Positions 24,390-37,800 of a stretch of DNA of 64,000 bases are shown here, piece after piece (within the stretch, counting starts at the first letter, position 1; every line of letters begins with the position of its first letter). The stretch covers positions 2,852,001 to 2,916,000 of the forward strand of contig JAYWIR010000008.1 in NCBI GenBank assembly GCA_036172245.1. Direction: 5' to 3'. The position numbers were made by a program, and so were the translations under genes. Below the pieces are notes generated by a model, which was not told where the DNA came from, made no database searches, and saw nothing but the letters and a program-made list of their open reading frames with translations. The stretch is from Raillietiella orientalis (lineage: Eukaryota).

Positions 24390-24632
24390 CTGGAAGGACC
24401 TGGAAGGACCCGGAGTTCGACTCCCATTGTGCCGACCACCCATCGGGGGCATCTGGTTTGAACTGCTACCAGTTCTGCACCCGAATAACCAGCGTTCATC
24501 TCGCAGGGGGAGCTCGAACCCACGAAGCACCCTTCTCTCTGCGTCGATTCCTGCTGAGTATTCGAACCCGCGACGTCTCTTGCCATGCCATGTGGAGACT
24601 CCAGCAGCCACATGGCCTCCGACGCGGACGTG
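24390..24632 (-). mobile_element. SINE family A copy A6 (5' fragment)
   Basis: Head with gcgggttcgaatac (24558-24572) and a second gggttcgagctc (24510-24521), then gatgcccccg as in A2. Confidence 0.8.
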
Positions 24633-26304
24633 CTCTCGCCTCATTCTTTAGGCGGCGACGGGCGCCATTTCTGGAAAGCATCTGCAAGCAGCAGAAGGTT
24701 AGAGGGTCGGCGGAGCGGCGACGTCTTCCTCAGAACCCTCCCCCAAGGTAGGATGATGTTCCGGAACTTCCTCCTCCTCCTCTCCCTCCACTTCCAGGAG
24801 AAGTACCGCATATGTCCAGGGATTGGTCGCCGAAGTAGGTGCTGGAACGCGTGGGAAGGGGAGTCAAAAAGTCCCTACTTTGCTCGAAGAATGCGGAAGA
24901 GGAACGGGCGGGGACTTCGTGAAGGGACGGTGCGAGTGCCCCTCGTGGGTCCATCTTCCGCTTTCCGCTTTCCGACGGCGCTGCAACCTCTCCTCGTGAG
25001 ATGTCACGGACGGCGAAGCGCCAGCAGTCCGGCTGAAAGCGCCGCCGTCGCTGCGTTGCAGCGGAGGGGAAAGGAGCGTGAGACGAACGTTCCCGACCAC
25101 GAAGACGCTGGGACGCATCCAGGAGGAAGATCTCCGGCCGGCGGAACCTTGCCCTCCGTCTCGAAGAGAGGCAGGGATCGCGGACGCGGGACCCCTCTCG
25201 CTGCTGGGCTGCGTGAGGCGCAGTCTTCGCTGAGGGGCGACCGGAGGAATTTTCCCGCCGGAGGGCGGCGGGAAAGAAAATTCTCCAGTGATTCCGCCTG
25301 CGGTTGCCATGGTTTCCTTCCCCCCCCCCCCGTCCTCCTCCCTACGACGCAGCCAGCCGCGCGAGCGAGGGGTCTAGAAGCGGGAATTTCGTGCTGTCCA
25401 CACGAGACCGTGACCTCCTCCCGGGGAGGAAGGGGGGACGTGCTCCCCTTCGGGAGGAGACCTGGCACGCGGCTCCTACCTCCCTCTAGGCCGAGCCAGA
25501 GCGGAAGGGGCCGCGTGCTCCAGCAAGTTCGAGGGGGTCCTCTCTGGCAGGAAAGGGCGGGAACGGGACGATCCGATTAGCTCGCGGCCAGGGGAACGGA
25601 TGGGGGAGCGGTCTACTCCCGGGCGGAAACAACTTGTGGATGCGGATGCTGTAAATCAGCGCAAGCGAGTAGCCCGGATCTTCCTAGCGGCCTCTTTCGT
25701 CTCCGCGCGCCTCATCCATCACCACCCGGCCGCAGCGGCGGCGACGAATTGCGCGAGAGCTTTCCTCGGGATGGTACTCGCGCTCACCACTCGGACCGGT
25801 GAAGCACAATCGAGAGCTTTCCTTCCCCCCCGCACCTTCCTCTCGCTCTCTCCTCTGCGAATCTGGCGAAACGCAGCTTCGGTGTTACGCTCCGCTTTGG
25901 ACCCAAGTGGACTCGCCGATCCCGCCGGTTACAGCCGGGAGATTTATCGCGCGCATAAATTGGATTCCATCGAAGGAAGAAGAGAGGGGAGGCATCCTGC
26001 TCAAATAATAAAATAAAGGGGGAGAGAGAGAGCGGATTTATTACTATTATTCTCGAGGAGAAACCGGGGAGGAGGGGGAGACCAGAGAATACGCGGCGGG
26101 CAGCGGACGAAAGGAGAGCGAGCGCACGCGCGCGCGCTCTCAAAGGCAGCGCCGCAGAGCGTGGAAAGGAGGAAGTTCGGAGCGCTCGAGGGATCGGCGG
26201 CGCGCGCGCGAGGCCTGCCGGCGCGGCAACTCCTTTCCCAGGGCCCCTTCAAGGTCGGATGGAACTCCGGGAAAAGCACCGCCTGACCCCGGGGGAAGGA
26301 AAGC

Positions 26305-26630
26305 GGTCGCCGAAGTAGGTGCCGGAACACGTGGGTCGGGACGCCCCAATTCACTCCTTCCCCTTTCCCCAATGTTTGAGGCATCCAGAAAAGGGAGTGG
26401 GGGGCTTTGCAAGGTTCTGTCCCTGGACAGAGGACGGTTCGCTGCGTCATTCGGAAGTGCGCCGGACCCCGCATCCTCGTGGGGCGTTCCGCTGGGCCGC
26501 CGTCGCCCCGTGCCATCCGCCGAGAGGATCCTCTGTCGTCCCCCATTTTGCTCCCCTCTTCCCCTTCTTGCGCCGAAGGGTGGTCTCTCAGGAGACCGCA
26601 GGAAAGTATCTCCTCCAGGAGAGAGAAACG
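26305..26630 (+). repeat. Old dispersed repeat fragments (family C)
   Basis: ggtcgccgaagtaggtgcYggaacRcgtggg shared with 24825-24855; gccgaaRggYggtctctcagga shared with 28928-28950. Confidence 0.5.
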
Positions 26631-29600
26631 GGTGATGCTCCTGGTGCCACGCCATGGAAGGGCTGCCCACCGGGGGAGGAGCTTCTTCCCAGACCAGGAA
26701 GCAGGAACCTGGAAATGGTCAAGGGGTGGAGCACGCACATTCTCCTCCCCTTCATCCAGGGAATCGGGATTCTGCGAAAAGGACCAGCCGGAAGGATGGG
26801 TGGAGGGTCATGTCTGAGGCCCCTTCCTTGCCTTCTACCCCTTGATCCTCCAGGGGGTCTGTTGCAGCTCTGCTTGGCGGTGGGGAAGACACCCTCAGGC
26901 TTCTCCTCCTCCTTCTAACGAGGGTCAAGGAGGGGTCTCACTGCGAGAGGGAAGAACACTCGAGGGGTCGTCCGGAAAAGCCCGGAGGCCGACCTCAGAC
27001 GCGACGGGTCGCCTCTGGGTCGCTTCGACGGTTCCACGGTGAGCAGCGATGCCCGGAGCACTCGCCTCCCAGCTGCCCCGGGCTCAGCTGACCCCAAAGG
27101 GACGTCCTCCTCCGCTCGCCTGCCGAGGGGCAGTTGCGGCCCGTGCGTTCCCCCGCCGCCCCGAGTCACCGATGATGACGCTTCCGCATCACCCTTTTTC
27201 CAGTTTCTCGGGTCGAGTGAAGGGGGAGAGGAAGGAGGGGCGAACCTGGGGGGCTTCTCAGGATCGGAAGCGGCAGTCCGCAGCCGCCAACCAGGGTCCA
27301 GAAGATCCGGAGGCTGGGGAAGAGCGGGACGGGACCCTCCGGGGTTACGTCAGAGGGGCCACCCGCATCTTTCCAGAGGGTCGCGCTTGCCCCCGGAGGA
27401 GAGGGGAGAAGAGAGGGCGGGTCGGTTTCCCTCCGCGCGACGCCCTCCCTCCCGCATCCTTTGCACCCTCCCCCTCCGAAGATCCGCAATGCTGATGGGG
27501 GATTTGCGTATCTGTTGGAACTCCCAAGTAATCCGCGGAGTTCTTCCCGCGTCCCGAGGGAACGCGTCCCGTAATGAAGTTATTTGTATTCATCCGCGAG
27601 GGGAATGGGGAGATGGAGATAAGGAACAGGGGAATCCCGGAGGCGCGGGAGAGAGGAGGAAAAGGAAAAAAAAAAAAATCCAGAATTCGGGCGGTGGAAG
27701 GTGACGAAAGCGCTGCTGAGGGCGGGAGCGACGTCCGTGAGCGCCCTTCCCCTCCCCTCCTCCTCCCTGTGGGAGGAACCCGGGACTCCCGTCCGCCGTC
27801 TGCGCCGCGCTCTACGGAGACGTGAGAGGCGGCTGTTCCCCCCCTCATCCCTTGTAGGGCTCTGGGAGGGCAGGGGCTCGCCGAACCCTCTTGGTGCGCG
27901 AGCAGGGAAAGGCTTCCCCCCTCTCCTTCGATCCACCCCACCGCGCGATCGACCTTCGGGATCCTGGCGCCTCGAGGGCCCTAGGAAGAGCCCTCTGCAA
28001 GGGGGCCGACCCTCCTGAGCGCGCGGTCCGATCGAGGAGGAACCGCCAGAAGCGTCCCGCGACAGGGAACGAAACCTCGCAGGCCTCTCGCTCCCGAGGG
28101 GTTTCCTTGGGGAGCAGCTCGGAGGGGGAAAACAGGGGGAGGTGGAGGAGCAGAAAAGGAGCAGAGGATGACGAGGATGAGGATGAGAACATGAGGTAGG
28201 TGAGGATGGGGATGAGAAGCTGTAGATAAAAACGGTGGTGGGGAGATGAGGACGAGGAATACGAAAAGAAGACGGCGATTATGACAAGTCTCTCCTTTTT
28301 TTCCGCCGATTGATCCTCAGTTTCCTTGCCGGGCGTCGTCTGGCGCGCTCTCTTAGCAAGCTCCTTCGGTCGGATCGTTTCTTTGTCCCTCCTTCCCCTC
28401 GGTCCTCCAGCTTCCGGTGAGATCGCCGAAGGGTCTCGGGGCGTTCTCTCGACACTTCTGGGAGCGTCAAGAGACACAGCGAGCGGCAGCATCCGACAAG
28501 TTACCGGCAGGAGCCCTGCGTCACCGTGGAGAGGCGCTGGAAGCGATCCGCAGACTCTCTTCGAGGGAAAAGGGAAAACGGGGCCCCTCAGACAGAGTGA
28601 GGCCTTTACGAGGGGTCCTCCGTTCCTAGCACCGGGAGGAGGGCGACCATCAGCCTCCCCACCACTTCAGCCGGCAGCGCATGGCTACCGATCCTGCGGG
28701 GCGTCCGTTGGGTCGTTGCGCCTTCGCAGCTGCGCGTGCTTTCCAGTGGAATCCCTGCCCCTGCTCTGAACCCCTTCTCGACTTGGTCGACAGTGCCTGG
28801 AGCTGCCACCGAGAGCATTGCACCTCCTTCCGCGTCCCCCGACCGCTTCTTCCCTCCTCTTCCCCATCCCAGACCTCCCCACTCCCCCTTTTCCGAGGGC
28901 GCGCCACCAGGAAGACGGGACTCCGGTGCCGAAAGGCGGTCTCTCAGGAAGCCGGAGGGAAGGATCTCCCAGGGATGGAGGGATCCTCCCTCCGGAAGGG
29001 ATGCAAGCCGCCTGTGCACCACGCGTGCCTTCTCTTCCTCCTCCTTTCCTTTCTCCCTTTCCTCTTCCTCCTCCCCTTTCTCTTCCACTACCTCCTCACC
29101 CTCCTTTCCTCCTCCCCTCCTCCTCTTCTTTCGAACCAGGGCTGTGTGCTCCGCACTCTCGAAATCTCCTGCTACAGGATTTCGCCCCCTGAGGGCCCAT
29201 ACATCCACCCGTGCTCACCAGCCAGCGAAGAGCCGCCTCCAAGGCGCTTCACACATTCGGCAGGGAGAAAGGGAGAGGCCAGGAGGCGATCCTCCGTGCC
29301 CTCTTCCCTACTAGTGACCCGGAAGGGAAAGGAAGAGACTTCTGGGCATCCTCGACTCCTAAGGGTCTTCCCGGGAAAATGGCTTGCGTCTCGTCCGGCG
29401 GTGGTGCGTGAGCGAAACCCCCTTCCCGCGGCGATCTCCGGCGGGCCGCCCCACCCCCCTTCTCTGTAGCACGGCTGGCGCCCTCTGGCCGGCGACTTGC
29501 GACCCGCTGAGAACGCCACTCCGGTCTCTGCGCGGCTGCCGCCGCCGCGACATGGAGGTCGACCATGAGAGGGCGGAGGGACCCCCAGTCTGTGTCCGCC

Positions 29601-31295
29601 TGCAGTTTGCCCTCTCCGTACCCGAATGCCAGAGTGCCTCTAGAAGGAGGTTGGCGCTCATCCACTCGGGCGCGCGGAGGGTTCTCCGGGGATCGGAGGA
29701 GGGGAGAAAAGGATGAGTACTTACCTCCTCCTCCCTTTTCCCCTAGAGTGCCGGCAGAGAGTCGGCAGAGTTCGACGAAGGGACGTCCTGAAGTCAAGGA
29801 CCACCCTTCCTCAGTTCCTTTCTCCAGTCCGTCCCGGGTTCTAGAGAAGCACGCGGATAGTTACCCTGGAGGGGCCCTCCCCCGCGCCTCCTCGAGAAAG
29901 CGCCTCTGTCTCCGGGGAAGACCGCAGTCCTCGCCTTCCCCCTCCCTTCGCGCTTCTCGGCGTGGGACGGCGCCGGAGGGTCTCCGTGATCGCGCTCGGG
30001 GAAGGCGAAGACCCCGAAGCAGAGGGAGAAAGGCGAGGTCCCCGTGTCTCGTGCAGGAGCAGAGGGACATCAGAGAGTTTCCACAGAGGCGCCGGCGCGC
30101 AGCCCCGTGGCGGGGGTACCCGAGAGGGGGCGGAGAGGAAACGGAGGAGGAGAGAGGGATCTTTGTCTAGGTCCTAAGCCTCCTCCCGTCGCTCGACACC
30201 CAAGTGGAGGTGAAAGGATCCTCCTTACCTCCATCCCCCCCTTCGTCTTGGTCTCCTAAATGCGGGAGTGTGCCCTCCGCTTGCAGGAACCTCGGAGGTG
30301 CGCCGGTCGCCCAGAGATGGGGAATCTGAGAAGAAGGAACGGGGCGGGAGTTGCCCCGTGATACAAACACACGCGCGCTCCCAATGGAGGGGATAAGAGG
30401 GATCTCCCCCTTCCCTTTCAGGTGGCTGAGGCGGCCGTGGGACGCTATGTGGAGACGCGGAATGAGAGGAGAGGCGTGGGCGGAACTCTCCCGCCCTTGA
30501 ACTTCCCCTAGCATTGCCCCGGACAGTCGGTGTCCTTCGGGCCCTGCCGGGTGAGCTCTGCTCAGGCCTCCCTTGCCCTCATACGGGTAGGACAATCCGA
30601 GCCCAAGAATTCCTCCTCTCCTCCTCACTCCTGTCGCGCGCTCGTCTCCCGCCCGGGCTCCTCTGGCGCGAAATTTCCGGCCATCGCGTCTCTGAGGGAA
30701 CGCAGGCGTGCATCCCGGCGGCTGCCTCCTCCCTTCGGGCAGACGCGTCCCTTCCCCGCATCCTCCAGGTCTGCACGAGATAAACGTAATCGAGCGTTGT
30801 GATGCTGAGATAACAGAGCAGGCAGAAAGGAAATAGAACCTCCTTTCTTTGTATCTGACAGCTCCAGTTCTATCATTATCTGCTGCGAGCTGCGGAGGCT
30901 GAGTCGGGGTGGATGCTCAGGGACTCTGCGGGGTAAAGAGGATGATGCGCGCGCGCGCCGAAGGAGAAACGCTGTGCGCATGCGCGCGCGCTTGTTTATA
31001 TTTGCTATTATTTTCATTTTTTAATCACTTCCCCCCCTCCTGTTCCTCCCGACTCGCACTCTGGTTTTGTTGCTTCGAAGCCAGAAAAAAAAGGCGCGAT
31101 CCCGACCTGCGAGCCCTCAGGGGGATGACCTCGGTCGTTCTTCTATCGATCGCTAGGGACTGCGGCCGAAGGTGGCCGCAGCTGGCGAGCAGCCGTACCA
31201 CGAGAGCGTTCCTCGAAAATCGGCGGCATCCTGAGGTCTCCCGCGAGAGGAGGAGGGAGGTTGCCTTGCTGCTCTCAACAGTGAATAAAGCGCGA

Positions 31296-31588
31296 AGAAG
31301 GAGGAGGTGAAGGAGGAAGAAGATGAAGAAGAATGAGAAAAAGATGAATATAAGATGAGGAAGAAGTAGAAAGGCAATATGAAGAAGGAGGAGACGATGA
31401 AGAAGAAGGGGAAAGAGTAGGAGGGGAAGAAGAAGATGGAGAAAAAAATGAAGAAGAAGAAGAAGAAGATGAAGGAGGACAAGATGGAAGAGCAAGAGAA
31501 GGAGAAGAAGGACAAGATGAAGAAGAAGAAGAAGGAGAAGGAGGGGGAAAAAATGAAGAAGAAGAAGGAGAGGGAGGAGATGAAGAAT
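31296..31588 (+). repeat. Degenerate (GAA/GAG/GAT)n purine-rich microsatellite
   Basis: About 290 bp of almost purine-only + strand; shorter similar tracts at 21376-21450 and 28140-28270, pyrimidine-strand tract at 29030-29130. Confidence 0.95.
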
Positions 31589-33329
31589 GGTGCTCTCCAA
31601 CACAAGGCAGCAGACGAAATCGATTTCTGTAATTGAGGTACGCGCTGCTGCCATAAATAGACGGAGGAATGGTGATGGATACTTTTCCCGCTCATAAAGA
31701 CACTCGGGAGCCCCCGCAAAGGTAGGCAAATGAGCACTAAAAATGCACGTGTTTATAATTTTGCATAATTAATGGAATCTGTGTAGTGTGCACGGGCGGC
31801 CTAGCCGAACGCGCCCGGCAATGCCAGGGGAATTGCGAACGCCAGCGGAATGCTAACGGAGGAGGAGGAGGAGGAAAAGGAAGTTCCTCCTCGGCTCTCG
31901 CGGAGGCGGCGGCGGTGCCGCCGCCGCGAGCGGCGCGCGCGCTCCCGACTCGGTCGGCTCGGCAGTGGACGAGCGGCCAGTCAGCCTCCTCCTCTCTACT
32001 CCGCACCTTCCAGTCTCTCCTGCGAGGTGGACCCCGAGCATGGCGACCGCAAGAAGAGCCTCGGTCTGTTTCCTTTGCGGGAGCACGCAGGGCCCGAGTC
32101 GCACCGAGAGCTTGGCAAATCATCCCCTCCCCCACGTGGAAGAAAAGGAAAAACAGGCGCCAAGCGGAATCGAGGTGGCAACGGAAGATTCGCGGTGAGG
32201 ACGCCCTTGCTCTCCCCCACCGGGGAGTCCAAGTTTGCAGGCGAAGTCGAGGTCGTGAAGGGAACACCGGGGTCTTCGAGAAGGGGAAGCTACTGTTGGG
32301 TGCTCTCCCTGCACTCTTCCGTGCTCCGACGAAGCTTCTAGCTCTCCGGGTCCTCGAGCGGAGGAGTACTCAGTCACTCCCGGTTCTTTCCGACACCCGC
32401 CTTCTACATCCGTCATCCCCGAAATTCCGGATCGACTTCTCTGCATGTCCATCTGCTTCCTGGAGCTCAGCTCTTCCGTGCCACTGCGCGGGTTTCCGCT
32501 TTCTGGACCAGCTGGTTCTCGACTGCGACCACATGCCTGGAGAGTGGCTGCGTCTCTGACGACGAGCTTTGCTCCCTGGCGTCCGGGGCCTGGGACCATT
32601 CTCCCAAGAACGCGCGGCCCCTGGACGATGGCAAAAAGAGCAGTTTCCAGCGACAGGGCGCAGATTTCGGAGAACGCGCCCAGAACGTTGGCAAGCAGGC
32701 GAATGCCCTCAGGAAGAAGACGCGGGTTCAGAGTCCCTCACGGGGGCCTTTCGGCGAATCCGGGGGCGCTGCCGAAGTCGCTTCAAACTCGACAGCGCGC
32801 GGCCCGCTGCCTCCGCCCAGGGAACCACTGCGTCACGGGGTCCGTCACTTCGGAAATCCCCACTGTCGTCCAGGAGGGAGATCCAAGCCCGAAACGCACT
32901 CTTCGGCACGCCTCTCGGGAAGCCGCGCAGCATCCCCCTTCCCCGAGTCCAAAAACTTCCCGTCTCACCGTCCTCCGGATCTCTCCTCTGTCTCCGGGAA
33001 ATTTCCCAACCCCCTAAGAGAACTGCCCCAGGCGCACTTCGGGCCTTCGTTGCGTGCGAAAACTTGAAACGACCCGCGCCCTCGCTTTCAATCTCTCTCC
33101 TCCTTCAGACTGGAAATTGTTCTCACAGCTTCCCTAGATCGGCCACACATCCACATGATTCCGAATCAGCACATGAGGGCGCACCGAGTGCCCAACAAGC
33201 GCCTGGGGCAGCACACGGTGCGGTGCCTGGTACGCACGTCCGTGGAAACCACGGAGCTGCCCACTTCAGCAGGCTCAACAAGTGTGCACGCGAGTGTATT
33301 TGTGTTCTGATTTCGTGAACTTCCCAATA

Positions 33330-33605
33330 TGTGCTCATAGATGCACATCGCTACAAATGTGCACATAGAGACACGTGTCTGCTTGTATCATACACACGCG
33401 CTTAAGTGTTCACACGTACGCACATGCACGCGTGTATCACGCACACATGCATGCTCGATGCACACGTACTTAAACGTGCACACATACAGGGATGCTACGT
33501 ACTTCAAAGTGCACACATGTACGAATGCGCACGGACTTGAATGCACTAAATACGCACTTGCATAAATACTTATAGGTACGTATATGTGTACATACGTACG
33601 CTAAA
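33330..33605. repeat. Degenerate alternating purine-pyrimidine (CA/TG/TA/CG) tract
   Basis: Repeated tgcaca/tacaca/cacgtg/gtacg units over ~275 bp. Confidence 0.85.
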
Positions 33606-35529
33606 TGTGATTATGGATGGAAAACATGAAAGGGAGGCCATTCGCGTATTCTTCACCACAAGCGGGCGGGCATTGTTTTCTGTTTAGGAGTCAGCATTGA
33701 TCGGCTGCCGACGGAGCATCCTGCGGAGTTTGCAATAGGGAGATGGTGGTTGTCTGGGAGAAGCTGTCTTTTGCGTCGCTTAAGGAGGGGAATGGAGGGG
33801 GGGGGGGATGCAGCAAAGTCCAAGATGCGCGTCGCAGGTTGACAGCAGGGCTGCGCTTGGCAGGTCGCAACGAAAGCTACGAGCGACCTCCTGCTTCGTT
33901 CCCGAAGGGCACGATGCCGGTGCGGAGAAGCGAAAAGGTAGCTGCATCGTGCAGCTCGGAGTCGCGCCGCCAACGGGCAGGGGCGTTCTCGGCAAACCAC
34001 CGCTTCTCCTCCTCCGGGAAGAGAGGGCGTTCCCTTCCCAGGAACGCAGTTTCGTCGGCTGGAGCTTGGAACCGGAGCATTCCCCGTCCGGGCGGCGAGC
34101 GAACCAGAACTCACGGAGGTTGTTCCGGGCGGCGCGAATAAATAAATAAATAAAAATAAAACGAAAGAAAAAAAAAAGAAGAAAAAAAAAAAAAAAAAAA
34201 AGAAAAGGCAAGTTGCGAAAACGGAAGGAGAGGCGATGACAAGCGGGAGGAAGCCGAGGGCGCACCCGGCGACGTAGCTCGGTGCATCCAATTTACATTC
34301 CTGAAAGCGGATTTACCCTCAGCCTGCTGATTTACTCTTCGGCCGTAGCAGGGAAGCGCGCCGCGGAGAGCGCCCCTGGCGTCCTGCAGGCTCGTACCCA
34401 ACAGATCCATTGCAATCTGTTAGTGACAGCTACCGTGAGTCCCGCACCACGGGTATATTTCACCGGGCGATCGGGCCTCCTTCGCCCCTCTTGGGCGCCT
34501 TCCGATCAGCAACAGACTGCTGCTGCACAGATGTACGGGGCGCAGCAGGACGCAGCGGTGCACCCCATCGACCAAATTATAAGGGAGGTGCAAAGACGGA
34601 GGAATACCGGTCACTGACTGCGAATTTTTCTCCCGCCGGTCGTCCGAAACGCATCCCATTTCGGAGGGCATGCCCGGGAGCGATCCCGTAATTTGGGAAT
34701 CAGCGTCTTGGATCGGAACGGCCGGAGATGCTTTCAATTTCGGTGCTCCTCGCGCACCTGATGATTTGTTGACTCCATCCTCGTCGTGCGACTCGAAAAT
34801 CCAAGACCCCCCACCCAGCACTCCCGCCCGGAACGCACGAACGGGTGGCGACGTCCTCGGGACCAAAACAAAGCGCAGGGCGAAAGCCGGCGAGGATGCG
34901 GCAAGCCGGAGGAGCGCGTCGTCGTCCGCTTCTTCCCACAGGACCTCTTCTCCTCCTCCTTCTCCTCTGCGTCCTCTGTTTTCTTCCCGGCAGCCTCTCG
35001 AGCTGCTCCCGGACAGCGATGGCGGCACTCGAACTCGCAAGACCCGCGCGCGCTCGCGGGTTTTCCCGCGGGGGTCGCTCCCGCCATCCCTTCAGGTGAC
35101 GGGACCCACCGAATCACGACGCGCTTTTTCATGCCACGGCCACTCTCTGGCACCTCCCTCATCTCTTCAATTAGAGGTCATCTTGAAAATGGTGGTTGTC
35201 GCCGTCGACAATCCATCTCGCAGCTCCACGGTCTGCCCCCTTCCTTCCCAGTGAGCCATTGGTCTCTGCGCAGAGCCTTTCCAGGTCTTCAGGTAGGCCT
35301 CTTCATTTCTCTTCCTTGTCACATGACTCCCGCAATTAACCGAGCAACGAGTCGGGCGCAACTTCCCCTTCCATGCTCCCGGCCCAGGCGATCAGCGCCG
35401 AGATGCCACACTTCCCTCCTGCGACTTTACAGGAGAACTTTGCTTGCGGAAGCGCTGCAGATGTAGCCGCAGTAATCCGCAGTGCTTCGGGAAAGCTGGT
35501 CTTTGATTTTCTCAGCCCTTTCTGGACTT

Positions 35530-36130
35530 CTCATCCCGGATTGAGGGGCCCTTTCTCTAGAAGGAATAGACGGAATCTGCCGACTGGAAACGAAGAAGCC
35601 GGAAAGGAGGAGGAGGAGGGAGAAGAGAACTGGGGAGCAGGCAGTGATCAAATGAGGAGTGGGGATGGACGGGTCTCAAGGTGTTCGACACGGTTCCCGA
35701 GGGCCTGCTTCGGGCAGGGAAGCGATGGGAGGGAAGGCGCGCGCAGTTGCGTCGGGCCGGTCTGCCCACGATCGGTCGAAGGTCCCCTCGCACCCCGCAT
35801 TCCGGATTGGACCGTTTCGCGCTGGCACTGGGGCGATCGTGGACTCTTCCTCGGGCCGATGGCGGCAGCTCTCTTCTCCCATCTTGGAGAGCGCCGCTGC
35901 TCGCCCCCGGCAGAGGATGTCAGAGGAGGAGGCAACTGTGGGAGCGGCCTTTTCTCCGAACATATCCCATGGGGCCGGCAAGGGGGAAGCGGGGTGCTTC
36001 GCCCTATCACCATCCACCCCTGCCACCGCCGTTATCTCTGCGCACGCGGCAGGGTTCCCACTGATCTCCCCCCAGTGGGCAGACATTACTTAGGCGCTCT
36101 TCCGCTGAAGCACGGTGGCGTTCCTCGTTC
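35530..36130 (+). repeat. Repeat family B, copy B2
   Basis: Direct copy of B1 at constant offset 22692 over 525 bp. Confidence 0.9.
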
Positions 36131-36589
36131 CCACACCACCAGCAAGGTGTCCACGCGAGCAGATGGGAGCTTCAGGCTGCATCTTCCTGGAGTCGTGTAA
36201 AGCAACAGTGGGAGAAGTGACCCTGTGGACAAGGGCAAACTGTGAAGAGAGGAAGGACCGCTGCGGACTTCCCGCGTTTTCAGTTCTTCCGTTATGCCCG
36301 CTTGCCACCGACGTGGCAAGCGGGCATTGCCACCGACGTTTTTCGCTGGTGAACCCCCGTCTATCACCCAAGAAGGGATCCTCTGAGACTTGAAAGAAAT
36401 TCTCCGCTCCTCATCTTTCCGCCGCAGTTTTCAGCATCTCCAGATCCCTCTTTCTGTTCTCTCTCTTTCTTTTATCCCTCTTCTCTTCGCCCGCCTTCTC
36501 ACTCCAGGAATCAATCTCCAGGCGAAAGCACGAACGAGCTTTCCAGCAGCTTGCGGGGGAGCCGCGATGCGGCGGGGCACCATGTTCTT

Positions 36590-37250
36590 GGGAAATTCTT
36601 CCACAAAGGGACCCTATTTTAGTATATGTACAGCCGAAGCGTGCATACTATTGATGTGAACACCAATCCAGTGTCCCCGAACATCAATACGCCCTGTTGA
36701 AATCTTAGAATGAGAGGGCCCGCTGATCCTGCAGCAGTGTTTTAGGCACTCCAGAAGCTTTGACCAAGAACTCCGTCTCCGAACTTCTTCAGCGTCTTCT
36801 GCGCAGCTGCTCCAAAGAAATATCCTTTCTTTCTTTCTAGACGTCATAGGGAATGGGTTTCGTGACCTGAACACCTCTGCTCCACGGTCTGCGAGAGATG
36901 CCACCTAAGAAAAGACGCGCTGCAGTCGAAGTGGGCATGACTTCGAGATCCGCTTGCTCTCCTCTTCCCATGATGCCGGTCCCGAGGCTTCGGGCAGCAT
37001 CTGCCGTTGGCCCGAAATGTCCCGGTTAGCGGATGGATGAATCCAGGAGCCTTCGAAGGGCTTCCTCGGGCTGCAGCTTCTGAGATGCCGAAGACGCAGC
37101 CATCGCGGCGACGTTCTACGACTGCAAGCCAGCCGGGTTCCAAGGGGCGGGTCTGGGGCGCGTGTTGGGTCGCATCCCTACGATGAGAACTGCCTGGCAC
37201 GGGGCTTATCTTCGCAAAATCTGGACTTGAGGCGAATTCTCCGTTCACAC
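36590..37250 (-). mobile_element. Degenerate LINE RT core remnant (L1/Tx1-like)
   Basis: Minus strand: GFIHPL..FRANG, ISKSCPL (cf. RQGCPLS), LKHCCRISGPSHSKIS (cf. fxxxSGlxiNxxKs). Confidence 0.45.
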
Positions 37251-37289
37251 TCGGATGGACAGAGACTTTATTTATAACGAAAAAAATAA

Positions 37290-37800
37290 ATTAATAAATA
37301 AAGATACCGTTTCCTATGGAGGGGAAGGAGAAGAGAGGAAGAAGAAAAGTGGGAGGACCTTGAGAGGAGTGTGACTGGGATTCTGGCGCCCGACACAATC
37401 GTCTGGTGTATCCTTCCAGCTCCTCACCGTCCTCCCTCTCCAGCAATGCCCGCCTTCGCGTCAAACGCAGCAGTCCTTTACATGCCTGGGGGGTTTCGAC
37501 CACGCGCTTTAGGTTGCCTTTCGAGAGCGCCAGGGCATCTCTGTGGAGTGCAGGCAGCAGAGTCCCAGACGCCTTCGAGAGATACCGTCGCTGTGGAAGA
37601 GTCGCTTGAACAGGTCTTCCGAGCTAAGGCGGGGTAGGGGACAGTCTGTGTGCCTTACCACACCTCCTCCTTGCAGGTCGAGCGCTGGATCCATGAGCGA
37701 ACGCGAAAGGACCTCAGTGAAGACACCTGGAGTCCATCTGACCCTGTAGCACGTAGTGCAAGAAGAGAAGGCGGAGAAGTCTGTTCCTGTCGGGCGGAGA
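37290..37800 (-). mobile_element. Family T-related LINE 3' remnant T5
   Basis: SCTTC...EDLFKRLFHSDGISRRRLGLCCLHS...ELEGYTRRL aligns with T4 DVMKRLFVRDALS..AALCCLRG...ELAGILERM; U-rich tract follows. Confidence 0.7.

Noticed and set aside
24555..24605. Resemblance of the A6 head (catggcatggcaagag) to bacterial tRNA-Ala(GGC)
   Set aside because: Seen in one copy only; other heads read gtggcacca/gtggcgcca, so probably chance.
31025..31737. Hydrophobic F/L/S-rich and K/E-rich ORFs
   Set aside because: Translations of the GAA/GAG microsatellite.
33098..33338. Possible coding exon (acceptor at ~33108 on +; Cys-rich peptide on -)
   Set aside because: No convincing donor, partner exon or recognisable domain.
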